From the NCBI GenBank assembly GCA_038872135.1, contig JAVZGN010000006.1, positions 1 through 57,128 on the forward strand: a stretch of 57,128 bases of DNA, given 5' to 3'. Both the position numbers and the translations under genes were made by a program. Under the pieces are notes generated by a model, which made no database searches, was not told the DNA's origin, and saw only the letters and a program-made list of their open reading frames with translations. Positions 1 through 11,783 of this stretch are shown piece by piece. The number at the start of each line of letters is the position of its first letter. The stretch's first letter is position 1. This stretch comes from Candidatus Hadarchaeales archaeon. Lineage in GTDB: Archaea > Hadarchaeota > Hadarchaeia > Hadarchaeales > Hadarchaeaceae.

Positions 1-404
1 TTTCAATAAGGTGCCTCAGAAAGTGAGGATTGAAAGGCAAGAGTTTGTGAAAAGCCTAAATCTTCTTGTATAATGTTTCAATAAGGTGCCTCAGAAAGTG
101 AGGATTGAAAGGCCATCAGGTCGGCGAGTTCGCTCTGCCGTGCCGCGTTTCAATAAGGTGCCTCAGAAAGTGAGGATTGAAAGATTCGTTATGGCATCTT
201 ATTCGTTTCCCAAATTCGTGTTTCAATAAGGTGCCTCAGAAAGTGAGGATTGAAAGCACCTGAAGGTCCTCTATTCTGACTTCAGGGTCTTCTGTTTCAA
301 TAAGGTGCCTCAGAAAGTGAGGATTGAAAGAGATTTATCGCTTGAAGGTGATATTTATCCTAATCACGTTTCAATAAGGTGCCTCAGAAAGTGAGGATTG
401 GGAT
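1..404 (+). CRISPR. CRISPR array, trailer end (6 repeats, 5 spacers; truncated by window start)
   Basis: Repeat GTTTCAATAAGGTGCCTCAGAAAGTGAGGATTGAAAG at 1-36 (first G missing), 75-111, 147-183, 220-256, 294-330, and a degenerate last copy at 368-404 ending GATTGGGAT. Spacers 38, 35, 36, 37, 37 nt. CCTCA/TGAGG stem and 3' ATTGAAAG handle indicate + orientation, class 1 (Cas6-type) processing. Confidence 0.97.
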
Positions 405-883
405 AAAAAATGTCAAGTTCCCAACAGAACTGAAAAAGGTAGAGGAACTCGTCCTGCCTTCAGAGGTTTCTTTCAAAGCATTCGAGAGCGAGAAAATGGC
501 GAAACTCACATCATCTCGGAACCCTACACCCCAAGTTTTCCGAGAAACCCAAACAAGCACCCAACAATGAAAAACTGAGTTAGCATGACCAAGCTGATGC
601 TTCTACAGTTGCTCCAATCTTTTTCCCCGAGTTCCTTTTGGTCGTAGAAAAGCTACATCCAGTGACTGGAATTTCCCCCAACTAAATTGTCGAACAAAGT
701 GGAGGCTTGTAGAGCATTTTCCAAATTTTGACATCTGACTATCACAAAACAAAAAATGTGACAACAAAAAATCACAATATTTGAATATGTGTTAGTTTAA
801 TGTCAAATGATTAAAGTCACAGCAAATCTTCCGCCTTTCGCCGAAAGATGGCGCCCCCTTTTTAAACCAAAACAGAAAAGAGA

Positions 884-1672
884 GTGATGAAGGTTATCCT
901 GGCCTCGGAAAAAGATCCCGCCGCAAGGAACATTGCTGAAAAGCTCCTCAAGATGTTTGAATTTCAGAAGCTGTCCACCGAAGTTTATGTGAAGGGCAAC
1001 ATCAGGCTGGAAATCGTGGCAGAGGAAATCGGAAAGCTCTCGGAACTCCCGGCCGGCACAGAAGAGGTCATTGTGGCATCCAGGCACGCAAGCGCCTCCG
1101 AGAGGCCGTCCCTGACCGTCCATGCCCCTGGCTTCCTGGAGAAAGGGGAGCTGGCGGTGGCAAAGCCCCAAACGATAAAAGCCGCCCTGGCAGAACTGAA
1201 AAAAGCCGCGGATGAGCTCTCCCTCCCCCACCAGGTTTCCCTCGAAGCCACCCACCACGGCCCGGCCCACCTCAGCGCCCCCATAACTTTCGTCGAAATC
1301 GGGAGCACGGAGGAAGAGTGGAAAAATGACCTGGCGGGGAAGGCCGTGGCGAGAGCGATAATGGCTGCAACCAAAGAAACTCCAGCCAGAGGCGCCGTTG
1401 GAGTCGGAGGGCCCCACTACGCCCCGCTGATAACCCAAGCCGTCTTGAGCGCAGACATCGCCACCGGCCACATCATCCCAAAACACATCACAACTGATGA
1501 GAGTCTCCTGAGGAAAGCCATAGAGAGAACCTCAGGGAAAGTTGAGATGATCCTGCTCGACTGGAAAGGGGCAACGAAAGAGCAGCGAGATCTCTGCGCG
1601 AGAATTTCTGAAGAGCTGAAAATCCCAGTGGTGAAGGCCGGCTCCATCCTCACAGCCGGCTCCCCAAGATAA
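884..1672 (+). CDS. dtdA: D-aminoacyl-tRNA deacylase (archaeal DTD2)
   Basis: ASRHAS, LTVHAPG, EATHHGP, FVEIGS, GGPHYAP motifs; conserved position upstream of ftsZ. Confidence 0.92.
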   Translation: MMKVILASEKDPAARNIAEKLLKMFEFQKLSTEVYVKGNIRLEIVAEEIGKLSELPAGTEEVIVASRHASASERPSLTVHAPGFLEKGELAVAKPQTIKAALAELKKAADELSLPHQVSLEATHHGPAHLSAPITFVEIGSTEEEWKNDLAGKAVARAIMAATKETPARGAVGVGGPHYAPLITQAVLSADIATGHIIPKHITTDESLLRKAIERTSGKVEMILLDWKGATKEQRDLCARISEELKIPVVKAGSILTAGSPR

Positions 1673-1736
1673 AGCTATTTAACATTCGGGAAAACCTTAA
1701 ATCGGTAGCAAAAGAACTCAAAAGGCAGGAGATGAT

Positions 1737-2864
1737 ATGAAGGAAGCTGGTTTCAACCCCCAGACAGGTTTTTCCATCAAACCTGGAATTGCTCCAGTTG
1801 CAAAAAAATCCCTTCCCGCCGCCGCCCCGGGAACAAGCGATGAAGAGCTCCAGCGAATCCTGCAGGAAGCCAAGGCCAGGATATTGATCGTCGGCTGCGG
1901 GGGAGCGGGATGCAACACCATCTCCAGGATAATGAAGGTTGGAGTGGCCGGTGCGGAGACCATCTCCATAAACACCGATGCCCAGGATCTCCTCTACACA
2001 GCTTCCCACCGCAAAATCCTCATAGGGAAGGACACCACCGGGGGGCTTGGGGCAGGAAACAACCCGGAGCTCGGAGAAGCCGCGGCAAGGGAGGATGACG
2101 CTGTGATAAAGGAGCACCTCTACGGCGCGGACATGGTCTTCGTCACGTGCGGCCTAGGAGGCGGGACGGGGACCGGCGCTGCCCCAGTTGTCGCTGAAAT
2201 AGCGAGAAAGATTGGGGCCCTCACGGTTGGAGTGGTTACCCTTCCATTCACAGTCGAGGGGACGAGGAGGATGAAGAATGCTGAGAGGGGGCTTGAAAAA
2301 CTGAAATCTGTGGCGGACAGCGTCATCGTCATCCCCAACGACAAGCTCCTCCAGCTAGCCCCGGAGCTCTCCCTCGCAGCAGCCTTTGAGGTTGCAGACA
2401 GCGTTCTCACCGACGCCATAAAAGGGATCACAGAGCTGATAACGAAGCCTGGGCTGGTCAACCTAGACTTTGCCGACGTCAGATCAGTGCTCAGAGACAG
2501 CGGGGTGGCAGCCCTCGGAATAGGTGAGTCAGATTCCCCAAACAGGGCTGAGGAGGCTGTGAACGACGCCATCAACAGTCCCCTCCTAGATGTCGACATC
2601 ACCAACGCCAAGGGCGCCCTCATCAACGTCGTGGGCGATCCAACCTTCACCGTGAGCGAGGCCGAGAAGATAGTTGCAAAGGTCTCAGAGGCCTTGGACC
2701 CAGAGGCCAACGTGATCTGGGGGGCCCAGATAGATGATGCCCTGAAGAAGACGATAAGGGTCCTGGTCATCCTTTCAGGAGTCTACTCCCCCTATGCAGT
2801 CGGAGGAACAGAGAGGCCTGTTAAAAAGATCGAGCTGAAAGATCTGGGACTAGAAGAACTATGA
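1737..2864 (+). CDS. ftsZ: Cell division protein FtsZ (FtsZ1-type context)
   Basis: GGGTGTG tubulin motif, NTDAQDL, NLDFAD; ftsZ-secE-spt5 synteny. Confidence 0.98.
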   Translation: MKEAGFNPQTGFSIKPGIAPVAKKSLPAAAPGTSDEELQRILQEAKARILIVGCGGAGCNTISRIMKVGVAGAETISINTDAQDLLYTASHRKILIGKDTTGGLGAGNNPELGEAAAREDDAVIKEHLYGADMVFVTCGLGGGTGTGAAPVVAEIARKIGALTVGVVTLPFTVEGTRRMKNAERGLEKLKSVADSVIVIPNDKLLQLAPELSLAAAFEVADSVLTDAIKGITELITKPGLVNLDFADVRSVLRDSGVAALGIGESDSPNRAEEAVNDAINSPLLDVDITNAKGALINVVGDPTFTVSEAEKIVAKVSEALDPEANVIWGAQIDDALKKTIRVLVILSGVYSPYAVGGTERPVKKIELKDLGLEEL

Positions 2865-3031
2865 AAGAGTTCATCCACAACTGCCGGCGCCTCTTCAGTG
2901 TGGCGACAAAACCAAAAAAGGAGGAGTACACGAAGGTTGCCAAGATCACTGGGCTTGGGATGCTCCTCATAGGCGGTCTTGGCTTCCTGATAATGCTCAT
3001 CAGCTACTACATCCAGGGGCCGGTGGTCTGA
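2861..3031 (+). CDS. secE: Protein translocase subunit SecE / Sec61 gamma (56 aa, not in ORF track)
   Basis: Manual translation [61 protein letters not shown] motif plus TM helix; overlaps ftsZ stop and spt5 start. Confidence 0.95.
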   Translation: MKEFIHNCRRLFSVATKPKKEEYTKVAKITGLGMLLIGGLGFLIMLISYYIQGPVV

Positions 3032-3507
3032 TGGAAGAGGAAACAATGAAGGTTCAGATATATGCGCTGAAAACTACCGTCGGGCAGGAAAAGGCCACAG
3101 CAGACATGATCGCCGCCAGGGCAAGCAACTTCAACCTCCCAGTCCACGCCATCTTTGTGCCCTCAGACATAAAGGGATACATCTTCATCGAGGCCAAGGG
3201 AGGAAAGCCAACTCTCGAGAGAGCGAGGAGCGGGGTGAAGCATGCGAGGGGGATTGTGAGCGGTGAGGTGAACATCTCAGAGATAGAGCAGTTCTTCACG
3301 CCAAAGCCTTCTGTTACCGGGATGGAGGTCGGGGATGTCGTCGAGCTGATCGCAGGTCCTTTCAGGGGCGAGAGAGCCAGAATCACCAGAATAGACGAAG
3401 GAAAGGAAGAAATCACGGTTGAACTCTTGGAATCGACCGTTCCCATCCCAGTGACCGTCAGAGGGGACACCGTGAAGGTGATTCAGAAGAAGGAGGAATC
3501 AAAGTGA
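3031..3507 (+). CDS. spt5: Transcription elongation factor Spt5 (NusG)
   Basis: NGN domain (TTVGQE, KGYIFIEA) plus KOW (GDVVELIAGPFRG). Confidence 0.96.
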   Translation: MEEETMKVQIYALKTTVGQEKATADMIAARASNFNLPVHAIFVPSDIKGYIFIEAKGGKPTLERARSGVKHARGIVSGEVNISEIEQFFTPKPSVTGMEVGDVVELIAGPFRGERARITRIDEGKEEITVELLESTVPIPVTVRGDTVKVIQKKEESK

Positions 3508-3794
3508 AGGTTGCTGAGATAGGCCCCAGTTCCCGCCACATAGATGTTGAGCTGAAAATCGTTGAAGTGGGTGACCCCCGCCCATACACCAGAAGGGATG
3601 GGGGAGAGGGAAGAGTTGCGACAGCCGTTGGCGAGGATGAAACAGGGAGAATAAAGATTTCCCTGTGGGACGGGGAGATAGACAGGGTGAGGGTGGGGAG
3701 CAGAATAAGAATCTCAAACGGTTATGCAAAGACATTTAGGGATGAGGTGCACATCAGCGCGGGGATGTATGGGAAGCTCGAAGTCATCGGCTAA
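3504..3794 (+). CDS. Single OB-fold ssDNA-binding protein (SSB/RPA-like)
   Basis: RRDGGEGRVATAVGEDETGRIKISLW and ISNGYAKTFRDEVHISAG match the archaeal SSB/RPA OB pattern. Confidence 0.85.
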   Translation: MKVAEIGPSSRHIDVELKIVEVGDPRPYTRRDGGEGRVATAVGEDETGRIKISLWDGEIDRVRVGSRIRISNGYAKTFRDEVHISAGMYGKLEVIG

Positions 3795-3855
3795 CTCTAT
3801 CCTTTTTAATGGATGAAGATTACTTTTGAGGGAGAACCCAAAAGGAGGTTCTGAG

Positions 3856-4332
3856 TTGGTCGTGAAGGTGAAAGCGCTTGTGGACGGAGGAAAGGCATCG
3901 GCTGGCCCGCCGCTAGGGCCTGCTCTCGGTCCATTTGGGATAAACGTTGGACAGGTTGTGGCAAAGATAAACGAGAAGACCGCCCAGTTTGCGGGGATGA
4001 AGGTCCCTGTGACAATCGCCATAGACCCTGCCACAAAAAAATTTGAAATTGAGGTTGGCTCCCCCCCAGTCTCTGCGCTCATCAAAAAGGAGCTGGGGAT
4101 TGAAAAGGGGGCCAAGACCCCGAAAACCGAAACAGTTGGGGATCTCCCCCTCCAGAAGGCTGTGGAAATAGCCAAGGCAAAAATGGGCGGAAGTCTTGCC
4201 AAGACGCTTAAAGCTGCGGTGAAAGAAGTTCTCGGGACATGCGTTGCGCTTGGAGTAACAGTGGATGGAAAGGATCCAAGGGAAGTGCAGAAGGAGATCG
4301 ACGAAGGAAAACATGAGGAGGTGCTGAAGTAA
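3856..4332 (+). CDS. rpl11: 50S ribosomal protein uL11
   Basis: [16 protein letters not shown] motif; TTG start at 3856 after SD AGGAGGT. Confidence 0.97.
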   Translation: MVVKVKALVDGGKASAGPPLGPALGPFGINVGQVVAKINEKTAQFAGMKVPVTIAIDPATKKFEIEVGSPPVSALIKKELGIEKGAKTPKTETVGDLPLQKAVEIAKAKMGGSLAKTLKAAVKEVLGTCVALGVTVDGKDPREVQKEIDEGKHEEVLK

Positions 4333-4985
4333 TGCCATTCACAAAAGGGGCTGTTGCCGAGGCTGTGAAAAAGCTTAGGGAAGCCATCCAGAAGAGAAAT
4401 TTCAAGCAGAGCATCGATGTAGCGTTTGCCGTGAAAGGTCTCGACCCAAAAAAACCCGAAAGCAGGATAACCCTGGATGTGAGCCTCCCTCACGGAACTG
4501 GAAAGGAGAGGAGGGTCCTGGTGATTGCCGATGGGGAGCTGGCCAGGCTGGCGAGAGAAGCCGGGGCGGACATAGTCATTGGAAGAGAAGATCTCGAGGC
4601 CCTCCAGGGAAACAAAAAAGAGGTGAAGAAGCTTGCGGAGAAGTTTGATGCTTCCATCGCACAGTCTGATCTGATGGTCCTGGTTGGAAAGGTTCTCGGT
4701 CCAGTCCTCGGACCGCGCGGTAAGATGCCAAAACCAATCCCAGCCTCTGCCAACCCAGCTCCAATCATCGCCAGACTGAGAAGGACTGTAACATTGGCCA
4801 ACAGGGGGCAGCTGAATTTCCAGTGCAGGGTGGGGGATGAGACGATGCCCGATGAAAAGCTTGTGGAGAACATCATGGCTGTCGCTGAGGCCCTGGAATC
4901 AAAGCTTTCAAGCATAGGCGGGGAGATAAGACACATGTGGCTGAAGACGACGATGGGGAAACCGATAAAAGTTGAGGTGGAATGA
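4332..4985 (+). CDS. rpl1: 50S ribosomal protein uL1
   Basis: RNFKQSID, LPHG, LGPRGKMP, KTTMG. Confidence 0.97.
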   Translation: MPFTKGAVAEAVKKLREAIQKRNFKQSIDVAFAVKGLDPKKPESRITLDVSLPHGTGKERRVLVIADGELARLAREAGADIVIGREDLEALQGNKKEVKKLAEKFDASIAQSDLMVLVGKVLGPVLGPRGKMPKPIPASANPAPIIARLRRTVTLANRGQLNFQCRVGDETMPDEKLVENIMAVAEALESKLSSIGGEIRHMWLKTTMGKPIKVEVE

Positions 4986-6001
4986 TGGTCGCCGCAAAGG
5001 AAGCTCATGTGGCCCAGTGGAAAAGGGACGTCGTGGATGAAATCTCGAGGCTGCTCCTGGAATATCCCGTCATAGGAATTGCAGACATTTCTGGGGTTCC
5101 GGCAAGGCAGCTGCAACAGCTCAGGCAGAAGCTCAGGGGAGAGCACAGGATTGTTGTGACAAAAAACACCCTCCTGAGGCTAGCCATGGAGGGGATTGCG
5201 GAGAAGCCGAAGCTAAGGGAGATCTCCGGCGCCCTCACCGGGCAGTGCGCGTTGCTCCTTTCAAAATCCAGCCCATTCAAAATTCAGAAGATTCTGAAGG
5301 AAAACGTGGCCTCGGCTCCGGCGAAACCGGGATCAAAGGCTGAAAAAGACATAATAATCCCTGCCGGGGAAACAGACATCCCGCCAGGCCCGGCTGTCGG
5401 AGAGCTCCAGAGGGTTGGCATAAAGGCGAGAATTCAGGCGGGGAAAGTTGTGATCCTTGAAGACTGCAAGCTTGTGAAGAAAGGAGATGTGATCACAAAG
5501 GAGATTTCAGATATCCTGGCAAAGTTTGGAATCCTTCCCATCCAGCAGGGGCTCAAGCTGAAGGTGGCCGTGGAGGGTAACCTCGTTTTTTCACCGGAGG
5601 TTCTGGCCATCGATGAGGAGACGGTGAAGCCATTGGTTGTGGAGGCGGGAAGAAATGCATTCAATCTTGCCATCAACATCCTCTACTTCACAAAAGAGAC
5701 AATTGGGATTTTCCTGGCGAGGGGGGCTGCCTCCGCCAGGGCTCTCGTGACCAACGCTGGAATACCAGTCAAAGAGCTGATGCCGGAAATCTTGGCCAAT
5801 GCTCAGGCAAGGATGCTCTCGCTTGCAGCGGCGATCGGCGGGAAGAGCAGCGCAGCCCTTGACCAGGAGCTGTTGGGAATGATCGGACAGGCTGCGGCCG
5901 CCCAGCCAAAGGAGGAGCCGCCAAAAGAGGAGCCAAGCGAAAAGCCTAAAGAGGAGAAAAAGGAAGAGGATTTATCTGGGTTAGGTGCATTGTTTGGATG
6001 A
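4982..6001 (+). CDS. rpl10: 50S ribosomal protein uL10 (P0)
   Basis: VAQWK, KNTL, PAGET..PGP, acidic C-tail ending GLGALFG. Confidence 0.97.
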   Translation: MMVAAKEAHVAQWKRDVVDEISRLLLEYPVIGIADISGVPARQLQQLRQKLRGEHRIVVTKNTLLRLAMEGIAEKPKLREISGALTGQCALLLSKSSPFKIQKILKENVASAPAKPGSKAEKDIIIPAGETDIPPGPAVGELQRVGIKARIQAGKVVILEDCKLVKKGDVITKEISDILAKFGILPIQQGLKLKVAVEGNLVFSPEVLAIDEETVKPLVVEAGRNAFNLAINILYFTKETIGIFLARGAASARALVTNAGIPVKELMPEILANAQARMLSLAAAIGGKSSAALDQELLGMIGQAAAAQPKEEPPKEEPSEKPKEEKKEEDLSGLGALFG

Positions 6002-6016
6002 AAAGGAGGTGGAGAA

Positions 6017-6322
6017 ATGGAGTACGTGTATGGGGCACTGATGCTGCACGCGGCCGGAAAGAAAATCGATGAGGCGGGGCTGACGAGCGTTCTGAAGGCA
6101 GCGGGCATAGAGGTCGACGAAGCTAGGGTAAAGGCCATGGTTTCAGCGCTCGAGGGGATAAACATAGACGAAGCGATAAAGGCTCCGGCAGTTGCAGTTG
6201 CCGCCCCAGCCGCACAGCCGCAGGCAAAACCTGAGGAGAAGAAAGAGGAGAAAAAGCCAGAGGCAAAGGAGGAGAAAAAAGAGGAGGAAGCCCTCGCCGG
6301 GCTAGGGGCTCTCTTCGGCTGA
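6017..6322 (+). CDS. rpl12: 50S ribosomal stalk protein P1 (aL12)
   Basis: [11 protein letters not shown] start, Ala-rich hinge, [13 protein letters not shown]. Confidence 0.97.
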   Translation: MEYVYGALMLHAAGKKIDEAGLTSVLKAAGIEVDEARVKAMVSALEGINIDEAIKAPAVAVAAPAAQPQAKPEEKKEEKKPEAKEEKKEEEALAGLGALFG

Positions 6323-6374
6323 ACCCCGGCGGGTCTCTTTTTAACTCCAACGACGATATCCAGTTGGCGGCAGG

Positions 6375-9134
6375 ATGAAGGACATCTACCAGGTTGAGCT
6401 GTTCGAGAGGGAGGGGTTCCAGCGGAAGCAGTGCAGCGGTTGCGGGAGGAGCTTCTGGACGGTTGACCCAGACAGAAAAACTTGCGGAGACACTCCCTGC
6501 GACGAGTACACTTTCATAGGGAATTCCCCGATGAAAAGAAAATATTCTCTTGAGGAGATGGAAAAGACCTTCCTGAAATTTTTTGAAAAAAATGGTCACA
6601 CGGTAATAAAACGATATCCTGTGGTGGCGAGGTGGAGAGACGACATCTTTCTCACCATAGCTTCTATCGCTGATTTCCAGCCTTGGGTAACGAGTGGTTT
6701 GGTTCCGCCACCGGCAAATCCCCTAGTGGTAAGCCAGCCGAGCATAAGACTGAAGGACATTGACAATGTCGGGAGATCTGGCAGACACTTCACCCTCTTC
6801 TTCATGGGGGGCCACCATGCGTTCAATTCAAGGAAGAAGAGGGTCTACTGGACGGATGAAACTGTTGAGCTGGCCCATGAGTTTTTCACGAAGACCCTGA
6901 AGATAAAACCCTGGGAAATCACATACATCGAGGACTTCTGGGAAGGAGGTGGCAATGCCGGGGAGGATTTCGAGGTAAATATCAGAGGGCTTGAGGTAGC
7001 CACCCTCGTCTTCATGCACTATTCCGGGGAGGGAGGCAACTATGCTCCCCTTCCCCTCCAGATAGTCGACACCGGCTACGGGATGGAGAGGCTCGTCTGG
7101 CTCTCCCATGGAAGTCCAACAAGCTATGAGCCAGTTTTCGGCCCGGTGATAGAAAGGCTGAGGTCGATGGCCAGCATTCAGATGCCACCAGAGGAGGTCC
7201 TGAGGGAAAACTCAAAGATGGCAGGCATCATAGACATAGAGAGCGGTAGGGATCTCCACCTGTTGAGGTCAAGGGTGGCGAAAAACCTGGGGATGGACGT
7301 TGGAGAGCTTGAAAAGATGCTGGCACCCCTTGAGGCAATATATGCGCTGGCCGACCACCTCCGCTGCCTTGCCTTCATGTTCGCTGATGGGGTTTCCCCG
7401 AGCAATGTCAGAGAGGGATATCTCGCCAGGCTTGTCCTCAGGAGGGCCATGAAGCTCATGAAGGAGGCGGGGGTCAACGCGAGGCTCTCGGAGCTCATGG
7501 CTTCGGCCCTGGACGAATTTGGGAAGCAGTTCCACGAGCTGAAGGAGAAGTCCCAGTACATCCTGGAGGTGGTTGAGCGGGAGGAGAACAAATTTGCAGA
7601 GGTGTGCGAGAGGGGAAGGCGCCTTGTGGAGAGGATCACCAGGGAAGCCATAGCAAAAAACAGGGAGATCTCGACGGAGGAGCTTACCCAGCTCTACGAG
7701 AGCCATGGGCTTCCCCCAGAGCTTGTGAAGGAAATAGCGGAAGGAGCAGGGGTGAAGGTGGAGATCCCAGAGGACTTCTACATAAAAATTGCGAAATCTC
7801 ACACCAAGCCAAGACATGTTCCGGTTTCCGCCCCACCCGTCTCCGAGGAAAAGCTGAAGAAGGTGCGGCCCACAAAACTCCTTTTCTACACCTACCCCTA
7901 TCTCCAAGAGTTCAAGGCGAAGGTTGTGAAGGTTATAGGAAATTATGTGATCCTCGACAAAACGGCCTTTTACCCTGAAGGTGGTGGCCAGCCTTCCGAC
8001 ACCGGGGAAATGGCCTTCAAAGAGGCAAAAGCGAGGGTGAGGGAAGTCATGAAAGTTGGGGATGTTGTCCTCCACCTCCTCGAGCACAATCCCTTCCACC
8101 AGGGGCAGACGGTCACCTGCAGGATCGACTGGGGGCGGAGAAAAGCTCTGATGGCAAACCACACCGCCACCCACATTCTCCTTGGCGCTGCCCAGAGGGT
8201 GCTTGGAAGCCATGTCTGGCAGCAGGGGGTCCAGAAGGGGATTGAGAGGAGTAGGCTGGACATCTCCCACTATAGGCCGATTTCAAGGGAAGAGCTCGAG
8301 AAGATAGAGCTACTTGCCAATGAAATTATCTGGGAGAACAGGCCTGTGAGGGTGAGGTGGATGGAGAGAAATGATGCAGAGAAGAAATATGGGTTCAGCC
8401 TCTACCAGGGAGGGGTGGTTCCTGGAAAGCTTGTGAGGGTGGTTGAAATTGTTGGATGGAACACCCAGGCCTGCGCCGGCACCCACTGCAGCAGGACTGG
8501 AGAGGTGGGGATGATAAAGATAGTGGGACATGAGAGGATTCAGGACGGGGTTGAAAGAATAGAATTTGCTGTGGAAAGGGCTGCCCTTTCCCACCTCCAG
8601 AAGATGGATGAAAAGGTCATGGGGGTTGCTGAGGTCCTCAGATCTCCGCCGGGGGAGATAGAGAGGGCTACCAGGCAGCTTTTTGAGGAGATGAGGGCCG
8701 CTCAGAGAAAGGCTGAGAAGCTTGCGGAGGTTCTGGCTGCAGTTCTCGCCGAGCGGCTGAAGGAAAAGGTGAAGAAGGCCGGGGAAACCTCCATCCTGAT
8801 CGAGAAGGTGGAGAGGATAGCGCAGGAGGAAATGGTGAAACTGGCCTCTTTGCTTACGACGGAAATGCCTGACCTTGTGGTGGTTCTCCTTGGGGTCGAC
8901 GAGACGGTGAGGGTTGTTGTGATGGCCGGGAAGAAGGCGAGCGCAACCAGCATCAACTGCGGGAAGATTGCCGGGGAGGTCTCGAAGGTCCTCGGTGGAG
9001 GAGGTGGAGGCAGGGCAGACTTTGGGCAGGGGGGAGGGGTGAAGAGAGAGGCTGTGGATGAGGCCCTGACGCTGGCCGAAAGGCTCTGCCTGGAGATGGT
9101 TGGTGGCTCCCAGGCTGGGACCCCATCTTCATAA
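6375..9134 (+). CDS. alaS: Alanine--tRNA ligase (archaeal type)
   Basis: N-terminal CxxC/CGDTPC, IASIADFQP, DTGYGMER, editing HTATH and CAGTH, C-terminal GGGGG. Confidence 0.98.
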   Translation: MKDIYQVELFEREGFQRKQCSGCGRSFWTVDPDRKTCGDTPCDEYTFIGNSPMKRKYSLEEMEKTFLKFFEKNGHTVIKRYPVVARWRDDIFLTIASIADFQPWVTSGLVPPPANPLVVSQPSIRLKDIDNVGRSGRHFTLFFMGGHHAFNSRKKRVYWTDETVELAHEFFTKTLKIKPWEITYIEDFWEGGGNAGEDFEVNIRGLEVATLVFMHYSGEGGNYAPLPLQIVDTGYGMERLVWLSHGSPTSYEPVFGPVIERLRSMASIQMPPEEVLRENSKMAGIIDIESGRDLHLLRSRVAKNLGMDVGELEKMLAPLEAIYALADHLRCLAFMFADGVSPSNVREGYLARLVLRRAMKLMKEAGVNARLSELMASALDEFGKQFHELKEKSQYILEVVEREENKFAEVCERGRRLVERITREAIAKNREISTEELTQLYESHGLPPELVKEIAEGAGVKVEIPEDFYIKIAKSHTKPRHVPVSAPPVSEEKLKKVRPTKLLFYTYPYLQEFKAKVVKVIGNYVILDKTAFYPEGGGQPSDTGEMAFKEAKARVREVMKVGDVVLHLLEHNPFHQGQTVTCRIDWGRRKALMANHTATHILLGAAQRVLGSHVWQQGVQKGIERSRLDISHYRPISREELEKIELLANEIIWENRPVRVRWMERNDAEKKYGFSLYQGGVVPGKLVRVVEIVGWNTQACAGTHCSRTGEVGMIKIVGHERIQDGVERIEFAVERAALSHLQKMDEKVMGVAEVLRSPPGEIERATRQLFEEMRAAQRKAEKLAEVLAAVLAERLKEKVKKAGETSILIEKVERIAQEEMVKLASLLTTEMPDLVVVLLGVDETVRVVVMAGKKASATSINCGKIAGEVSKVLGGGGGGRADFGQGGGVKREAVDEALTLAERLCLEMVGGSQAGTPSS

Positions 9135-10794
<1,660 letters not shown>

Positions 10795-10804
<10 letters not shown>

Positions 10805-11361
10805 TGTTTGCCACAACCAACCGGCACAAGTTTCTTGAGGCGAGAAAAATCGCGGAAAAGCATGGGGTGAAGATAGTTCAAAGGAGCCTGCCGGTGGTAG
10901 AAATTCAATCCAACTCCCTTGCAGAAATAGCCAAGTTCTCGGCAAAACACGCCTTCTCCATCCTTCGCTCCCCCTGCTTTGTCGAGGACGCGGGAATTTT
11001 CATCTCAGCCTTGAATGGATTTCCCGGCCCATATTCAAAATTTGTTTTCATGACAATAGGAAATGCCGGGGTGCTGAAACTTCTGGAGGATGTGAAGAAC
11101 CGGGATGCGAAGTTCATTTCCGCTGTGGGCTACTGTGATGGCTCAAGAGAACCGAAAGTCTTCTTAAGAAGCGTGGCTGGGGAAATCTCTCAAGAGCCGA
11201 GAGGAACATCGGGATTCGGATTCGATCCAATATTCATCCCGGAAGGAGGAGATGGTAGAACCTTTGGAGAGATGTCCGTCGAAGAAAAAAACGCATTTTC
11301 CCACAGGGCAAAAGCAGTGGAAGCATTCCTCAAATGGTTTAAAAAGAAAAGCACAAGATGA
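10795..11361 (+). CDS. Non-canonical purine NTP pyrophosphatase (HAM1/RdgB)
   Basis: FATTNRHK, EDAG, GFPGPY, GFGFDPIF, SHR. Confidence 0.95.
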
Positions 11362-11365
11362 TTGG

Positions 11366-11749
11366 ATGATGGAACTCACCCCAGAAGAAGCTGTTTCAAC
11401 AGTCGTGAAGCTTGCGAAGGAAGGAGTTCCCCCCAGCAAGATTGGATTAATTTTAAGAGATCAGTATGGGGTACCTGATGTAAAAAAACTCACAGGAAAG
11501 AGCATAAAGCAGATAATGGATTCTGCGGGCGTGAAGCCAGGCCTTCCCGAGGATCTTGCAAATGTCATAAAAGAAGCTGTGAGGTTGTATGCGCATCTTT
11601 CAAAACACAGGAAGGACACCATGAGCTACAGGGCGCTGGAGAGAGTTGAATCTAGGATCAACCGGCTCTCAAGATACTACAAGAGGATTGGTGTTCTGCC
11701 AAAGGAATGGAGATACGATAGGGAGAGGGCAGCCCTCCTCGTGAAGTAA
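11366..11749 (+). CDS. rps15: 30S ribosomal protein uS15
   Basis: IGLILRDQYGVPDVK, LPEDL, ESRINRLSRYYK; start probably ATG 11366/11369. Confidence 0.95.
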   Translation: MMELTPEEAVSTVVKLAKEGVPPSKIGLILRDQYGVPDVKKLTGKSIKQIMDSAGVKPGLPEDLANVIKEAVRLYAHLSKHRKDTMSYRALERVESRINRLSRYYKRIGVLPKEWRYDRERAALLVK

Positions 11750-11783
11750 TAACATTTAAAATAGTTGATGAGAAAAGGGAATA

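Noticed and set aside
379..570. 63-aa ORF starting in the last CRISPR repeat
   Set aside because: Start codon lies inside the repeat; no recognisable motif.
658..680. Possible ORB / replication origin
   Set aside because: Only a partial TCCAGTG match, no repeated ORBs, and no orc1/cdc6 in the window.
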